Origin: an archaeon
Lineage (GTDB): Archaea; Asgardarchaeota; Thorarchaeia; Thorarchaeales; Thorarchaeaceae
Assembly: GCA_024275415.1 (NCBI GenBank)
Contig: JAJRZD010000114.1
Coordinates: forward strand, 1 to 32,000
Reading direction: 5' to 3'
DNA length: 32,000 nt
Made by a program: the position numbers and the translations under genes. Shown piece by piece: positions 17,130-26,877 of this stretch. The stretch's first letter is position 1; every line of letters begins with the position of its first letter. Below the pieces are notes generated by a model. That model searched no databases. It saw nothing but the letters and a program-made list of their open reading frames with translations, and was not told where the DNA came from.

Positions 17130-18064
17130 ACAAGCCTCCTTGTCACCCTTCTTGAGATATAATTCGCTATCAGGTCGATGATCAGAACCATTATCAAGAG
17201 ACCTAACGCAGCCCCATGCGCCTTCTCCTGTACATATGCCCTCGGATCCGTTATGTATGCCCATATCGTGTAGGGGAGCGAAGCGACCCATGACCCAGAA
17301 CCACTCAATTCGGTCGGTACGATTAGATTGTTGCCAGCAGTGAAAATGAGTGGCGCAGTTTCACCCATTATCCTGCCCACAGCCAACAGAACTCCCGTGA
17401 TGATACCAGGAAATGCAGCACGGAGGGTCACATTCCATGTTGTTGACCATTTCGTTGCTCCCAGAGCAAGGGAGGCTTCCCTCAACGACTGGGGCACAGA
17501 TCGCAACGCCTCTTGTGTGGTCCGAAGGACAGTCGGGATCATCATGAAGGAGAGTGTCAGACTCCCAGCTAGGACTCCCATCCCCAGTTTCAGGAAATCA
17601 ACAAGGAACGCGAAGCCGAACGCACCGATGACAATAGAGGGCACGCCTGCCAAGACATCGGAAGTGAACTCGACAATGCTTTTGGTCAGTCCGGGCTCGG
17701 TGTATTCGTTGATATAGACCGCACCAAGCACGCTCAGCGGAATCCCAACACAACTTGCGATGACGACCAGTTCTACCGTGCCGACCAATGCATTTCGGAT
17801 TCCTCCCTCTAGACTGGGCCCGGGAAAGGTGAGGAAGAACTCGATTCCTTGACCTGAGCTGCTCCCGAACACCTGCCAAAAACCTATTGACGCGACCTCG
17901 AAAAGGACGAGGAAAAACGGTGCTACTATGACGATTATAGCAACCGATAGGAGTATCTTAAAGAACAAGTCCTTGAGCTCTCGGAACGATTGGTACCGTC
18001 CGATAAGGATCCTGATAGTGCCGTTCACTGGTGTCCTTTGCTCTGTACGTTCAGTGTGTGTCAT
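17126..18064 (-). CDS. pstA: Phosphate ABC transporter permease PstA
   Basis: LAGVPSIVIG, EAA-like motif (LREASLALGATKW) and GRIMGETAPL. Confidence 0.93.
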   Translation of the reverse strand: MTHTERTEQRTPVNGTIRILIGRYQSFRELKDLFFKILLSVAIIVIVAPFFLVLFEVASIGFWQVFGSSSGQGIEFFLTFPGPSLEGGIRNALVGTVELVVIASCVGIPLSVLGAVYINEYTEPGLTKSIVEFTSDVLAGVPSIVIGAFGFAFLVDFLKLGMGVLAGSLTLSFMMIPTVLRTTQEALRSVPQSLREASLALGATKWSTTWNVTLRAAFPGIITGVLLAVGRIMGETAPLIFTAGNNLIVPTELSGSGSWVASLPYTIWAYITDPRAYVQEKAHGAALGLLIMVLIIDLIANYISRRVTRRLV

Positions 18065-19113
18065 CCTGTCATCCCCCTAGTCTTCATCCCCCAGCGTATG
18101 AACAGCTTTGCAGTGATTGTGAAACAGATTGACATAATCAAGAGAATCAACCCGATGGCAAACAGGGCTGAGCGCCATAATGGGAACACGAAGGCATAGC
18201 CCAGTTGGTTCGTGATGATGCTGGTCATCACATAGACAGGGTCAAAGATCGTGTATGGTATCTGCAACGAGTTGCCTGTGACCATGAGGATCGCCATGGT
18301 TTCGCCTACCGCCCTACCTAATGACAAGATGACAGCAGCACCTATTCCTGGCAACGCAGCTGATAGTGTTATCTTCCTTGCTGTTTCGCTCTGGGTCGCT
18401 CCTAGCGCGTATGAAGCCTCCCTGAGAGACCGAGGGACTGTCTGGAGGGCATCGGCCGAGATGGTCACTACGGTAGGAAGAAGCATGATGGCAAGGATAA
18501 TTCCACCAGCGATGAGTGACAAACCATTGGTTTCACCTTGGAAAAATGGGATCCATGCCGTCAGGGGGTTGGACTGTAAGGCTGGGGCCAGCGTATTCCC
18601 GATGTAAGGCACCAACACGACGTATGCCCACAGACCATAGACAATAGAAGGAATTGCAGCCATCATCTCAATTATCATCTTCAGTGGCTGCCTCAGCCGG
18701 CCAGGACAATACTCGCTGAGGAAGATTGCACCAGCAAGCCCAAGTGGCACTGCGATGCCAATAGCAATCCCCGTGCAGAGCAACGAGCCAACGATAAAGA
18801 TGGCAATCCCATAGCTGTCCCTGCTCGGATCCCAAGTAGGATTCACGATAATCCCCGGACCGCCCGCAGGATCAGCGAAGATAGGCATCGCCTCGTACCA
18901 CAGGAATGTCAGGATGAGGATGATTATCATCGTGCTTGCAAAAGCGGGGATGAGGAGACCCACTCTGCCTAGCTTGTCAATCCGACTCGGACGGTCGGCA
19001 TCACGAAAATCGGTGAGTGCATCCAAGATACGCTGTGGAATAGACTTCACGCGTACGATACGATTCGATGCGACCTCATCCTTCTGGGTTCTTGAATCGT
19101 CTTTGGTCACCAT
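18061..19113 (-). CDS. pstC: Phosphate ABC transporter permease PstC
   Basis: AAIPSIVYGLW, LREASYALGAT and GRAVGETMA motifs. Confidence 0.93.
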   Translation of the reverse strand: MVTKDDSRTQKDEVASNRIVRVKSIPQRILDALTDFRDADRPSRIDKLGRVGLLIPAFASTMIIILILTFLWYEAMPIFADPAGGPGIIVNPTWDPSRDSYGIAIFIVGSLLCTGIAIGIAVPLGLAGAIFLSEYCPGRLRQPLKMIIEMMAAIPSIVYGLWAYVVLVPYIGNTLAPALQSNPLTAWIPFFQGETNGLSLIAGGIILAIMLLPTVVTISADALQTVPRSLREASYALGATQSETARKITLSAALPGIGAAVILSLGRAVGETMAILMVTGNSLQIPYTIFDPVYVMTSIITNQLGYAFVFPLWRSALFAIGLILLIMSICFTITAKLFIRWGMKTRGMTG

Positions 19114-19137
19114 AGATGTGTCTCCTTCACGTCCTAG

Positions 19138-20205
19138 TTATGACCCTTGCAATGACCCAAGGACTGATAGGGAGTAGTACTGGGCTGCCGTGTTGTTTAT
19201 CGGCACATACCCAATCTCTGGAATGTATTTTTGTCCGTGCACCAAGCACCATGTCAGGTATCTGAGTGTGTACCATCTCAGATTTTCAGTGTTAATCATA
19301 TAGAACAGCAACCGTGCGATAGGATAAGATCCTTCAATCTCTGAGTTCATCAAACTCTGCCCAGGATCCGTGAGGTTGGAAGGGATTGCCTTGACCGCGT
19401 TGGCGATTGACGGCATGACCCATTCACCATTGCCAGGGTTATACAGTCTAACTGGAACTAGTCCCTCGATGAATGCAAGTCCGACATATCCAATTGCGTG
19501 CTCGTCAGTTTCGACGCCAGCAGCGACGCCTTGATTCCCGTCCACTGCCTGCACACCCGCAGGGAATGAGATTGCTTCTTCATGTCCTAGCTTCCATTCG
19601 AATTCTGCACCGTTCGGGTTGATGTTCTCGTCTGCAGTTTCTAACCACTTCGCAAAGGTGGAAGTCGTGCCGCTTGCATCAGACCGCACATATACATTGA
19701 TGGAACCCGTCTGCTGTATCTGAACTCCGAAAGTGGTTTCGAACTCTTCCCATGTGGTGATGTTCCGCTGGAATATGGCGACCACCATGTCGCTGTCCAT
19801 ATTGATCTCGCTACCGTTTATCGCCGGATTGGCAACAATCCCTAAAGCATCAGCAGATATTGGCAGTATCTCCACATGAGGATTCTCATTGATGTAGGAT
19901 TCCTTGGGGTATGAGCTTGTGGCTCCCACATCTATTAACCCTTGAGCGACCAGGGATTGACCGACCCCTGAGCCTCCTGTACTGGGACTGACTGACAGTC
20001 CGGGATTGTCCAGCCCGAAGTACACAGCCCACTGCTGTGAGAGTGGGTAGACCGTGCTTGAGCCCGCGGTGGTTATAGTACCACCAGTCGCGCTGTTTGG
20101 TGGTGGGCTAATGAATATCAGACCTCCAGCGCCCAGAATGATTCCCAAAACGAATCCAACAAAGAGCCCTTTTTTCTGTCTAAGAATCGAACCCATCTCT
20201 ATCAC
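19138..20205 (-). CDS. pstS: Phosphate ABC transporter substrate-binding protein with N-terminal membrane anchor
   Basis: AGSSTVYP, GGSGVG, RSDASGTT and YPIARLL motifs. Start is GTG 20205 or ATG 20196. Confidence 0.93.
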   Translation of the reverse strand: MIEMGSILRQKKGLFVGFVLGIILGAGGLIFISPPPNSATGGTITTAGSSTVYPLSQQWAVYFGLDNPGLSVSPSTGGSGVGQSLVAQGLIDVGATSSYPKESYINENPHVEILPISADALGIVANPAINGSEINMDSDMVVAIFQRNITTWEEFETTFGVQIQQTGSINVYVRSDASGTTSTFAKWLETADENINPNGAEFEWKLGHEEAISFPAGVQAVDGNQGVAAGVETDEHAIGYVGLAFIEGLVPVRLYNPGNGEWVMPSIANAVKAIPSNLTDPGQSLMNSEIEGSYPIARLLFYMINTENLRWYTLRYLTWCLVHGQKYIPEIGYVPINNTAAQYYSLSVLGSLQGS

Positions 20206-20467
20206 TCATTCATTATAATGTGCTACGATCCTATTTCTACTTGGGTAGCCAATTCAACCACTTAGGACACTTAGCCGTCAATTCACTACTGTGTTAAATG
20301 GATTCCTCATGCTGTAAATGCTTCATATGTGAAGAGGTTATATGTCGCATCCGTCTGAACGGAAGGTCTGATTGGTACAGCATCCTTGGTGCTTCCTCTT
20401 CAGACAGCGCAGTATTGTGCTCGAAAGCTTCTTTTGAGCATTTACAACATTTATCAGAAGGGATTGG

Positions 20468-21499
20468 TTGATGGAATCAATGAAGGCAATAACTCGTAAG
20501 CTGAATCAGGTCCGCAATTCGTTCTACATCTATCTGCCAAGGCCATGGTGCGATCAATACAATCTTTCTAAGGATTCGGAAGTGAGGGTTGAGCAGACTG
20601 TGGACGGTGTGCTGAGGATATTCCCGCCAGACCACGAGTCCAAGTCATCACATAAGGTCAAGTACTCGTTCGACCAGTCCGGAAAGGACAGCATTGTCAA
20701 TCTCTTGATAGGCTCCTACATCGTGGGTGCTGGCGAGATGGAACTACATTTCACGGATAGTCTCGATATCAATACTAGAGAGGACATCAGCCAATGGGTT
20801 CGCAGACTTCCGGGTTATGAGATACTAGAGGAGCATGGCGACAGCGTGATTATCAGCGATACAAGCGAGAAGCAAGTCATCTTTCCCATTCTCCGGAGGC
20901 AGTTCTCTACGGTCAAGTTCATGCTGACCAGTCTCGTTGAGATAATGGACTCTGAAGACCGCAGCGAAGCCGAACGGATAATCGACCGCGACGAGGATGT
21001 TGACAGGCATAGATACTTCGTGGAGCGTCTGTGTCATCTGGCCTTGCAGAACCCGTCGTACGCTCGGAAGATTGAGATAACCCCGCCAGATGCCCTACAT
21101 TTCAGCCTTGCAGCCAAGTATATCGAGCGGATAGCTGACCACATATGTGCTGCTATCGAACAACTGGTGAAAGTCGAGGACATCCCCTCTAAGATACTCA
21201 GAGCCTGTGAGAAGCTTGTGGACGCCTACAACGAGACCACTGTCGTGTTCTTCAGGATTGACAGGAAGGTTCACTCTGAAGGCAAGACCGAGGAGAACGC
21301 CAAACGTGCGCTCACATGCCACCAGCAGACCAAACGTGTTTCGCTGATGTTGGAGAAGCTGGGAAGCTCCTCGGAGAAGGCATCGGCAAAGGAAACATTG
21401 CTCATTCTGCACCTCAGTCGTATCGCCTCTTACTGTGAAGACATTGCTGAAGTGGCAATCAATCGGATTATTGAATATGGGTTCAATCAGGTCGTATGA
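20468..21499 (+). CDS. Archaeal phosphate uptake regulator (AbrB-like DNA-binding domain plus PhoU domains), divergent from pstS
   Basis: N-terminal RKLNQVRNSFYIYLPRPW (AbrB/MazE-like), with DEDVDR and IERIADH PhoU motifs. Confidence 0.85.
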   Translation: MMESMKAITRKLNQVRNSFYIYLPRPWCDQYNLSKDSEVRVEQTVDGVLRIFPPDHESKSSHKVKYSFDQSGKDSIVNLLIGSYIVGAGEMELHFTDSLDINTREDISQWVRRLPGYEILEEHGDSVIISDTSEKQVIFPILRRQFSTVKFMLTSLVEIMDSEDRSEAERIIDRDEDVDRHRYFVERLCHLALQNPSYARKIEITPPDALHFSLAAKYIERIADHICAAIEQLVKVEDIPSKILRACEKLVDAYNETTVVFFRIDRKVHSEGKTEENAKRALTCHQQTKRVSLMLEKLGSSSEKASAKETLLILHLSRIASYCEDIAEVAINRIIEYGFNQVV

Positions 21500-21593
21500 A
21501 TCGTCAATCTCAGTCGCCACACACGATTCAGAACCGCATCTAGCTAGGTATCTTTATGAAACAGTGAGAACACTCGCTGGACTGTTGGTTGCA

Positions 21594-22418
21594 TTGCCTA
21601 GACGACGATTGAATGACCTGACCGGAAAGGAGTGGGTTAGAGCCACGAAGTCATGGTTTGTCATTAATCCGAAGCCTAGAACACGGGTACAAGTGCGACA
21701 TCCTGCCAAGTACCCTGAAGAGCTCGTAATGCATTTCTTGAGATTCTTCACCCGCGAGGATGACTGGGTACTTGATCCCTTCGCAGGAGTCGGTAGCACA
21801 CTCGTGGCATGTAAGGAGATGCAACGGAACTGTGTCGGGATCGAATTGAACCCTGAGTTCGTGAACATCGGGGAGCAGCACCTCACTGGTGTAGAAGGGA
21901 ACAGCGATGCACATCTCATCACTGGTGACGCGATGGCAATCTCAGCACTAATGAAGGATTATTTTGGTTCGAACGTTCCACAGTTCGACTTCGTGATGAC
22001 ATCGCCTCCCTACTGGAATATGCTGCGCAAGTCGAGAGGTGGCAATGACTCCGTCCATAAGCAAAGGAGATCCAATGGGCTTGCATTGTACTATAGCGAC
22101 ATGCGGGAAGACATAGGGAATATCGAGGAGTATGAGAGTTATATCGAATCTATGGGTAGGGTCTTTGATGGCATCAGAAGACATCTGAACGATAGGGCGT
22201 ATCTTGTCATCGTGGCGCAGAACATGAGGGATACTGACGGGGAGATGAAGCCAATCGCATGGGACCTCGCACGAAGGTTATCCATGACCTACACACTCCG
22301 GCAGGAGATGATATGGTGTCAGGACAACAAGCAACTCGGCTGCTGGGGTTACCCCACGACGTATGTTTCAAACGTGCATCATCACTATTGTCTCGTCTTT
22401 CAGAAGAAATACCCATGA
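21594..22418 (+). CDS. Orphan amino-DNA methyltransferase (SPPY, likely N4-C), with motif I before motif IV; likely TTG start at 21594
   Basis: Order is HPAKYP, DPFAGVGST, GIELN, then TSPPY. The upstream extension to 21435 overlaps the previous gene and looks non-coding. Confidence 0.88.
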   Translation: MPRRRLNDLTGKEWVRATKSWFVINPKPRTRVQVRHPAKYPEELVMHFLRFFTREDDWVLDPFAGVGSTLVACKEMQRNCVGIELNPEFVNIGEQHLTGVEGNSDAHLITGDAMAISALMKDYFGSNVPQFDFVMTSPPYWNMLRKSRGGNDSVHKQRRSNGLALYYSDMREDIGNIEEYESYIESMGRVFDGIRRHLNDRAYLVIVAQNMRDTDGEMKPIAWDLARRLSMTYTLRQEMIWCQDNKQLGCWGYPTTYVSNVHHHYCLVFQKKYP

Positions 22419-22455
22419 CGGTTGATTCAAATAGGAACCGTTTCAGCGCAAAGAC

Positions 22456-23331
22456 ATGACTCTTGTTATCAGGAAATTGGAACCAGAAGACGTTGATGCG
22501 GTGCGAGCTGTTTCTCAAAGCGTCTGGGAACACGATTATGCACCAGAGTCCTTTCAAAGGTGGTTGGATGATCCCAATTGGCATCCGATTGGCGTCTTCA
22601 AGGACGGTCTCTTGGTTTCCTTTGCAGCCCTCCAACAAGTTCCTGAAACAGACTATGCATGGGTGAAAGCCCTACGGACTCATAGCAACTATCATCGACA
22701 AGGCTTCGGTGTCATGGCAGTAGAGAAGACGTTGGACATCGCACGAGAGCTGGGAATTCGTGAAGTCAGGTATGCTACGAGTTCCCGCAATGAGGCTTCT
22801 CACGAGCTTGCAAAGAAGCTTGGTTTCATACTTGCTGATGAAGTCGGATATTTCCGGCTGGAAGCACCATTCCCACCCCGACCCAAGTCCAGCCCTGCTT
22901 TTGTTCCATTAAAGGTCGATGCGAAACGACAATTCGAAGCCATTCAAACTTATGATGATCTTGTTACCACCTCGTCAATCCCTGTGGCGTGGGATTTTGA
23001 GAATAAAGACTTGAAGGGATTAGAACGAATCCACGAACGGAACGAGTCGTATCAGATAATTGGGGACTCTGGGGAAGTCCTTACGCTCTACTTCAGAAGA
23101 ACATTGGAACGGGATGGCGACCTGATAGTGACTCATTCAGTCTTCTCTAGAGACCGCAGCACATTCGTTGACACCATGTCCCGACTAATCGAAGAAGCCG
23201 AGGACATGAATGCACAAAGGGCAGTGTTCTTCTTGGGACCAAATGCAACTGAATGGTCTTCTATGTTGATGCTTGTCCCTGCTGAATACCGTGACCGCCG
23301 GTTTATCCTGTTAAAGAGAATACTTGAATGA
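22456..23331 (+). CDS. GNAT-family N-acetyltransferase
   Basis: LRTHSNYHRQGFG acetyl-CoA motif A and NEASHELAKKLGF motif B; C-terminal degenerate second domain. Confidence 0.85.
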   Translation: MTLVIRKLEPEDVDAVRAVSQSVWEHDYAPESFQRWLDDPNWHPIGVFKDGLLVSFAALQQVPETDYAWVKALRTHSNYHRQGFGVMAVEKTLDIARELGIREVRYATSSRNEASHELAKKLGFILADEVGYFRLEAPFPPRPKSSPAFVPLKVDAKRQFEAIQTYDDLVTTSSIPVAWDFENKDLKGLERIHERNESYQIIGDSGEVLTLYFRRTLERDGDLIVTHSVFSRDRSTFVDTMSRLIEEAEDMNAQRAVFFLGPNATEWSSMLMLVPAEYRDRRFILLKRILE

Positions 23332-23656
23332 AATGGGACTCTCAATGCCCCTGTTCATTGGAGAGTCGCTAAATGGTCATGTCCAAGATCCACTAGGTCT
23401 TTGGCTCACTGGTTTGAATTATGATAATCAGCTCTGTTTTTTCAAGTAATTCATTTAAATGTCCTAAATCCACCGCCGTAAAGGGAAACCGTTGACAGTG
23501 CAGGATAAATAGACATGCATGATAACAGCAATCACAATTATGACAGACAACGAAGTGTACGAGGAACCGGACGAGGATTCGCCATCTCACCCACACGGAA
23601 ACATGGCGATGAGTTCGATCAGGAGATATTCAAGCTGGCAGCGTTGAAGAAAGAGG

Positions 23657-24553
23657 GTGCAAGAAGTGAATGAACCAAAGCCAAGGAGGGGCACCAAGAC
23701 AAGCGAGTTTGGGGTCTCTAAAAGGGAGAACCACGACTCGACCGAATTCTATGGAAGCAAATTGTATCAAGACATCAAGATAGATGAAACCGCCCCGGAA
23801 ATCGAAAACCCACTCCCTTCTGAAATGCTTGATCAAGTGTTCTGTCAGGACAGTCGAACCATGAGCGGCATCCCTGATTCTAGCGTACACCTGATGGTCA
23901 CGTCGCCTCCCTACAATGTCGGGAAGGAATATGACAAGAACCTCGATTTGAAAGAATATTTCGGCTTCTTGAAAGAAGTGTTCTCTGAAACATACAGGGT
24001 GCTTGTGAATGGTGGTAGGGTCTGTGTGAACATAGCGAATGTCGGAAGAAAGCCCTATATCCCATATCACAAGTTCATCATGGATGCCATGTTTGAGCTG
24101 GGCTTCTTTATGAGAGGCGAGATCATATGGGACAAAGGAGCTGGAGCTGGCACCTCAACCGCTTGGGGCAGTTGGATGTCTGCATCGAACCCCGTGCTAA
24201 GGGACACTCACGAGTATATCTTAGTCTTCTCAAAAGGCAAGTTCAAGAGAGAATCTAAAGGTAGGAAAAGCACTATCGACAGAAACGAGTTCTTAGAATT
24301 CACCAAAAGCGTTTGGAAGTTTTCACCTGAATCCGCCAAACGAGTGGGGCATCCAGCGCCTTTCCCTATCGAATTGCCCTACAGGTGCATCCAGTTATAC
24401 ACGTTTGCTGGTGAGGTCGTGCTAGACCCATTCTGCGGGGTTGGAACCACATGTATTGCTGCAATGAAAGCGGGACGGCATTTTATCGGAATGGATATTG
24501 ATAAGGAATATCACAAAAAAGCAGTCAGGAGAATAAAAGAGTATTCAGATTAG
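23657..24553 (+). CDS. Orphan beta-class amino-DNA methyltransferase (SPPY, likely N4-C)
   Basis: Order is TSPPY (IV), EYILVFSK, HPAPFP, DPFCGVGTT (I), GMDID. GTG start. Confidence 0.92.
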   Translation: MQEVNEPKPRRGTKTSEFGVSKRENHDSTEFYGSKLYQDIKIDETAPEIENPLPSEMLDQVFCQDSRTMSGIPDSSVHLMVTSPPYNVGKEYDKNLDLKEYFGFLKEVFSETYRVLVNGGRVCVNIANVGRKPYIPYHKFIMDAMFELGFFMRGEIIWDKGAGAGTSTAWGSWMSASNPVLRDTHEYILVFSKGKFKRESKGRKSTIDRNEFLEFTKSVWKFSPESAKRVGHPAPFPIELPYRCIQLYTFAGEVVLDPFCGVGTTCIAAMKAGRHFIGMDIDKEYHKKAVRRIKEYSD

Positions 24554-24681
24554 ACCAAGATGGCTTCTTACACCTACTAGTTATTCACTTGTTTCCAATA
24601 CACAATCCATCTTTCGTGTTAGAGCGTCCTGTGCAAAAGGTAATATGCATTGGAAAGTCCTGTTATCAACCGGTGATTTAC

Positions 24682-25017
24682 TTGACGGAGAGAGGAATTC
24701 CAAAAGAGATCACTCTAGCGAGCTACCTGATCCTGCTAGATGTGATTGCTGGCATTATAGTCAGTATAGTAATGTATGAGATAAATGATGACTGGACATC
24801 TGGACTGGGTCTGATTGTGGCAGTTGTGGGAATCTGGGTTTATCTGGAGCTTAAGAAGATGAACCCACAGGCCTGGCAACTGGGCATTATATTGAACTTA
24901 GTGGGTATTGCGCTCTATCTTCTGGGTGAAATCGAGATTGGCATTCCCGGGGCGCTTCTAAGCATTATCACAGTGATTTATCTCTACTCACCAAACGTGA
25001 AACAGCACTTTGTGTAA
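24682..25017 (+). CDS. Small membrane protein (about 4 TM); likely TTG start at 24682
   Basis: Four hydrophobic segments. GGTGA lies just upstream of TTG 24682; the ORF track extends to 24589. Confidence 0.7.
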   Translation: MTERGIPKEITLASYLILLDVIAGIIVSIVMYEINDDWTSGLGLIVAVVGIWVYLELKKMNPQAWQLGIILNLVGIALYLLGEIEIGIPGALLSIITVIYLYSPNVKQHFV

Positions 25018-25029
25018 ACGACCTGAAAG

Positions 25030-25060
25030 GAGGCGGTTTTTATCGCCTCGTATTCTTTTT
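25030..25060. terminator. Hairpin between convergent genes, possible terminator
   Basis: GAGGCG-GT-TTTT-AT-CGCCTC stem-loop (25030-25049), followed by TATTCTTTTT on the + strand. Confidence 0.45.
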
Positions 25061-25586
25061 ACTTTGGATCTGATTCAAACTCTTCGAACTCGTACAACGG
25101 AGACCATTCAGGGGCATACTGGATTGCCTCTAAGTCGCGCTTTTCCAAGCTGAGGCCCTCTTCTTCTGCGATTACTTTTCGCAGCGTAATCGACTTCGCT
25201 CCATCCCACCGCAGGTAATCATTGAGGTCATATGAGAAGTTGCCCTGAAAGACCCCGCACGCCCCTCTACAGAAGACCTGATTTCCACGAATCTCAAGGG
25301 CTCCTCTGCAATACTTACAGAGCACCTCGCGTCCATGGGCATGGATTCGCCCATCGATTATCCGGACAAAAAGAACGGTGTCGTCCACCTCAAACACGCC
25401 CCACACCTCACCGTCGTCGATGACTTTTCTCCATAGATGTGCAGGCTCTCTCTTCGGGAGAACAGAGCTGCTTACAGAACCGTCTATCACTTTCTTTTCT
25501 GACGGACTCTCAAAGTCGGTGAGCCTAGTCTGGACTTCATGGATTCTTCTCATAGTAGTTAGTTTCGCTAGATGATACATAAACAC
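25059..25586 (-). CDS. Hypothetical protein with Zn-ribbon-like motif
   Basis: CKYC-x12-CRGAC; long ORF with plausible composition. Confidence 0.65.
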   Translation of the reverse strand: MFMYHLAKLTTMRRIHEVQTRLTDFESPSEKKVIDGSVSSSVLPKREPAHLWRKVIDDGEVWGVFEVDDTVLFVRIIDGRIHAHGREVLCKYCRGALEIRGNQVFCRGACGVFQGNFSYDLNDYLRWDGAKSITLRKVIAEEEGLSLEKRDLEAIQYAPEWSPLYEFEEFESDPK

Positions 25587-25647
25587 ATAGAATCCGTGGC
25601 ACCTGCCAACTCACAACGGAACACTTGATTTCACGAGTAGATGTGGT

Positions 25648-25881
25648 CTAGTACTCGACATCGGAGATCCCATGCTGTTCGGCATAATCATGTGCGTCCT
25701 TCACGTTATCAAATGTCGCAAGGACATCATACGGAAAGTACTGCTCATCCTTCTCGGGAATCTCGATGATGGGACGTGGTGTACTATCCGCAGTCTTGAA
25801 TATCCTGATGGCGCAGAGCCTCTTCTTGTCTCCGGCCTCAATGACCCTGATGATGTCCTGATGATCCCAGTCGTCAGGCAT
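25648..25881 (-). CDS. Small acidic hypothetical protein
   Basis: 77-aa ORF co-oriented with its neighbours; natural-looking composition. Confidence 0.6.
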   Translation of the reverse strand: MPDDWDHQDIIRVIEAGDKKRLCAIRIFKTADSTPRPIIEIPEKDEQYFPYDVLATFDNVKDAHDYAEQHGISDVEY

Positions 25882-26001
25882 ATGGTTACTATTATGAATC
25901 CCTATATTATAGCTTTCTCTTGCAGATTTGCGGCATTCTCTGCCATCTCTTGTGCAAAGTATGACTGCTCAGAAGTGCTGTGGACTGGGCTAGTTGGCTT
26001 T

Positions 26002-26661
26002 CTAGTTCTTCTCGTCGTTGAATTCTATATTCTTATGGGAATTATCGCAAAATGGCTTGTTCTTTGAACCACCACATCTGCAAAGCGTAAAATGCTCCAG
26101 TGACTCGGGTTTACTTTCCATATCATCGATTAGTTGAATGCCGCCAACAAATGCCAGTGGACCGTCCTTAGCGATTCGTACTGCGGGGGGTCTCTTGATG
26201 CCCTGGATGCGTTCAGAACCAATTTGATAGCTAAGGGCACCAGAAGGACATTTCTCGATTGTTTCGACAACTTTCTTGACACTAGCCGCATCTGGGAAAA
26301 TCCAATGTGGCTTTTTGTCTTTCTGAAACACTTCGGGACACAGTCTGACGCAAGAGCCATCTGCCGAACAGACACCCCTGTTATCGTAGATGGTTATTTC
26401 CTTGCCTACGTATTCATCGACCTTATCAGGTCGGCGGTCATCATCCTTTGACCCAACAAAGCCAAGCTTGCTGTGAGCGCCATCACAATATGGCTTGTTT
26501 TCTGATTTTCCACATCTACACAATGCTGTGACCTTCGAAAGCTGAATGGTTTCACCTTTAGAATTTGTCATTGGCGGTGCGCCAATCAAGTAGAATGGAC
26601 TGTATTGAGTGAACACGACCATAGGTTTCTGATTCTTTGACTCTTCCATTTCAAGCACCAA
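26002..26661 (-). CDS. CDGSH iron-sulfur protein: two CDGSH domains flanking a divergent ferredoxin-like domain
   Basis: CRCGKSENKPYCDGAH and CRCGGSKNKPFCDNSH, with central CSADGSCVRLCP...CPSGAL. Confidence 0.9.
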   Translation of the reverse strand: MVLEMEESKNQKPMVVFTQYSPFYLIGAPPMTNSKGETIQLSKVTALCRCGKSENKPYCDGAHSKLGFVGSKDDDRRPDKVDEYVGKEITIYDNRGVCSADGSCVRLCPEVFQKDKKPHWIFPDAASVKKVVETIEKCPSGALSYQIGSERIQGIKRPPAVRIAKDGPLAFVGGIQLIDDMESKPESLEHFTLCRCGGSKNKPFCDNSHKNIEFNDEKN

Positions 26662-26877
26662 AAGCCATCTATCTGTAATGTTCCTTATAATCTGTCACAT
26701 AGGTATTTATTCAGTAGGATCTACACACCACGATTATGTGGTTTGAAAACACCTTTTTGGAAGCCGGTTGGAGGTTTGACTAATGTGTCTGAGTTTGCCA
26801 TCTATTGCTTTTCTGATAGGGTTGGCTTCAATTAGCGGGTAATCGGCTCAGTATGCCACGCCCCCTTTTGCCTAACT

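Noticed and set aside
23393-23596. Cys-rich 67-aa minus-strand ORF (CHNCDCCYHAC) as a metal-binding protein
   Set aside because: Short, with no clear start context and irregular Cys spacing; probably the antisense of an AT/CA-rich stretch.
26662-26877. 216-nt intergenic region as possible ncRNA or riboswitch
   Set aside because: No convincing stems or known motif found by eye; it can be explained as terminator plus promoter. No tRNA or rRNA was recognised anywhere in the window.
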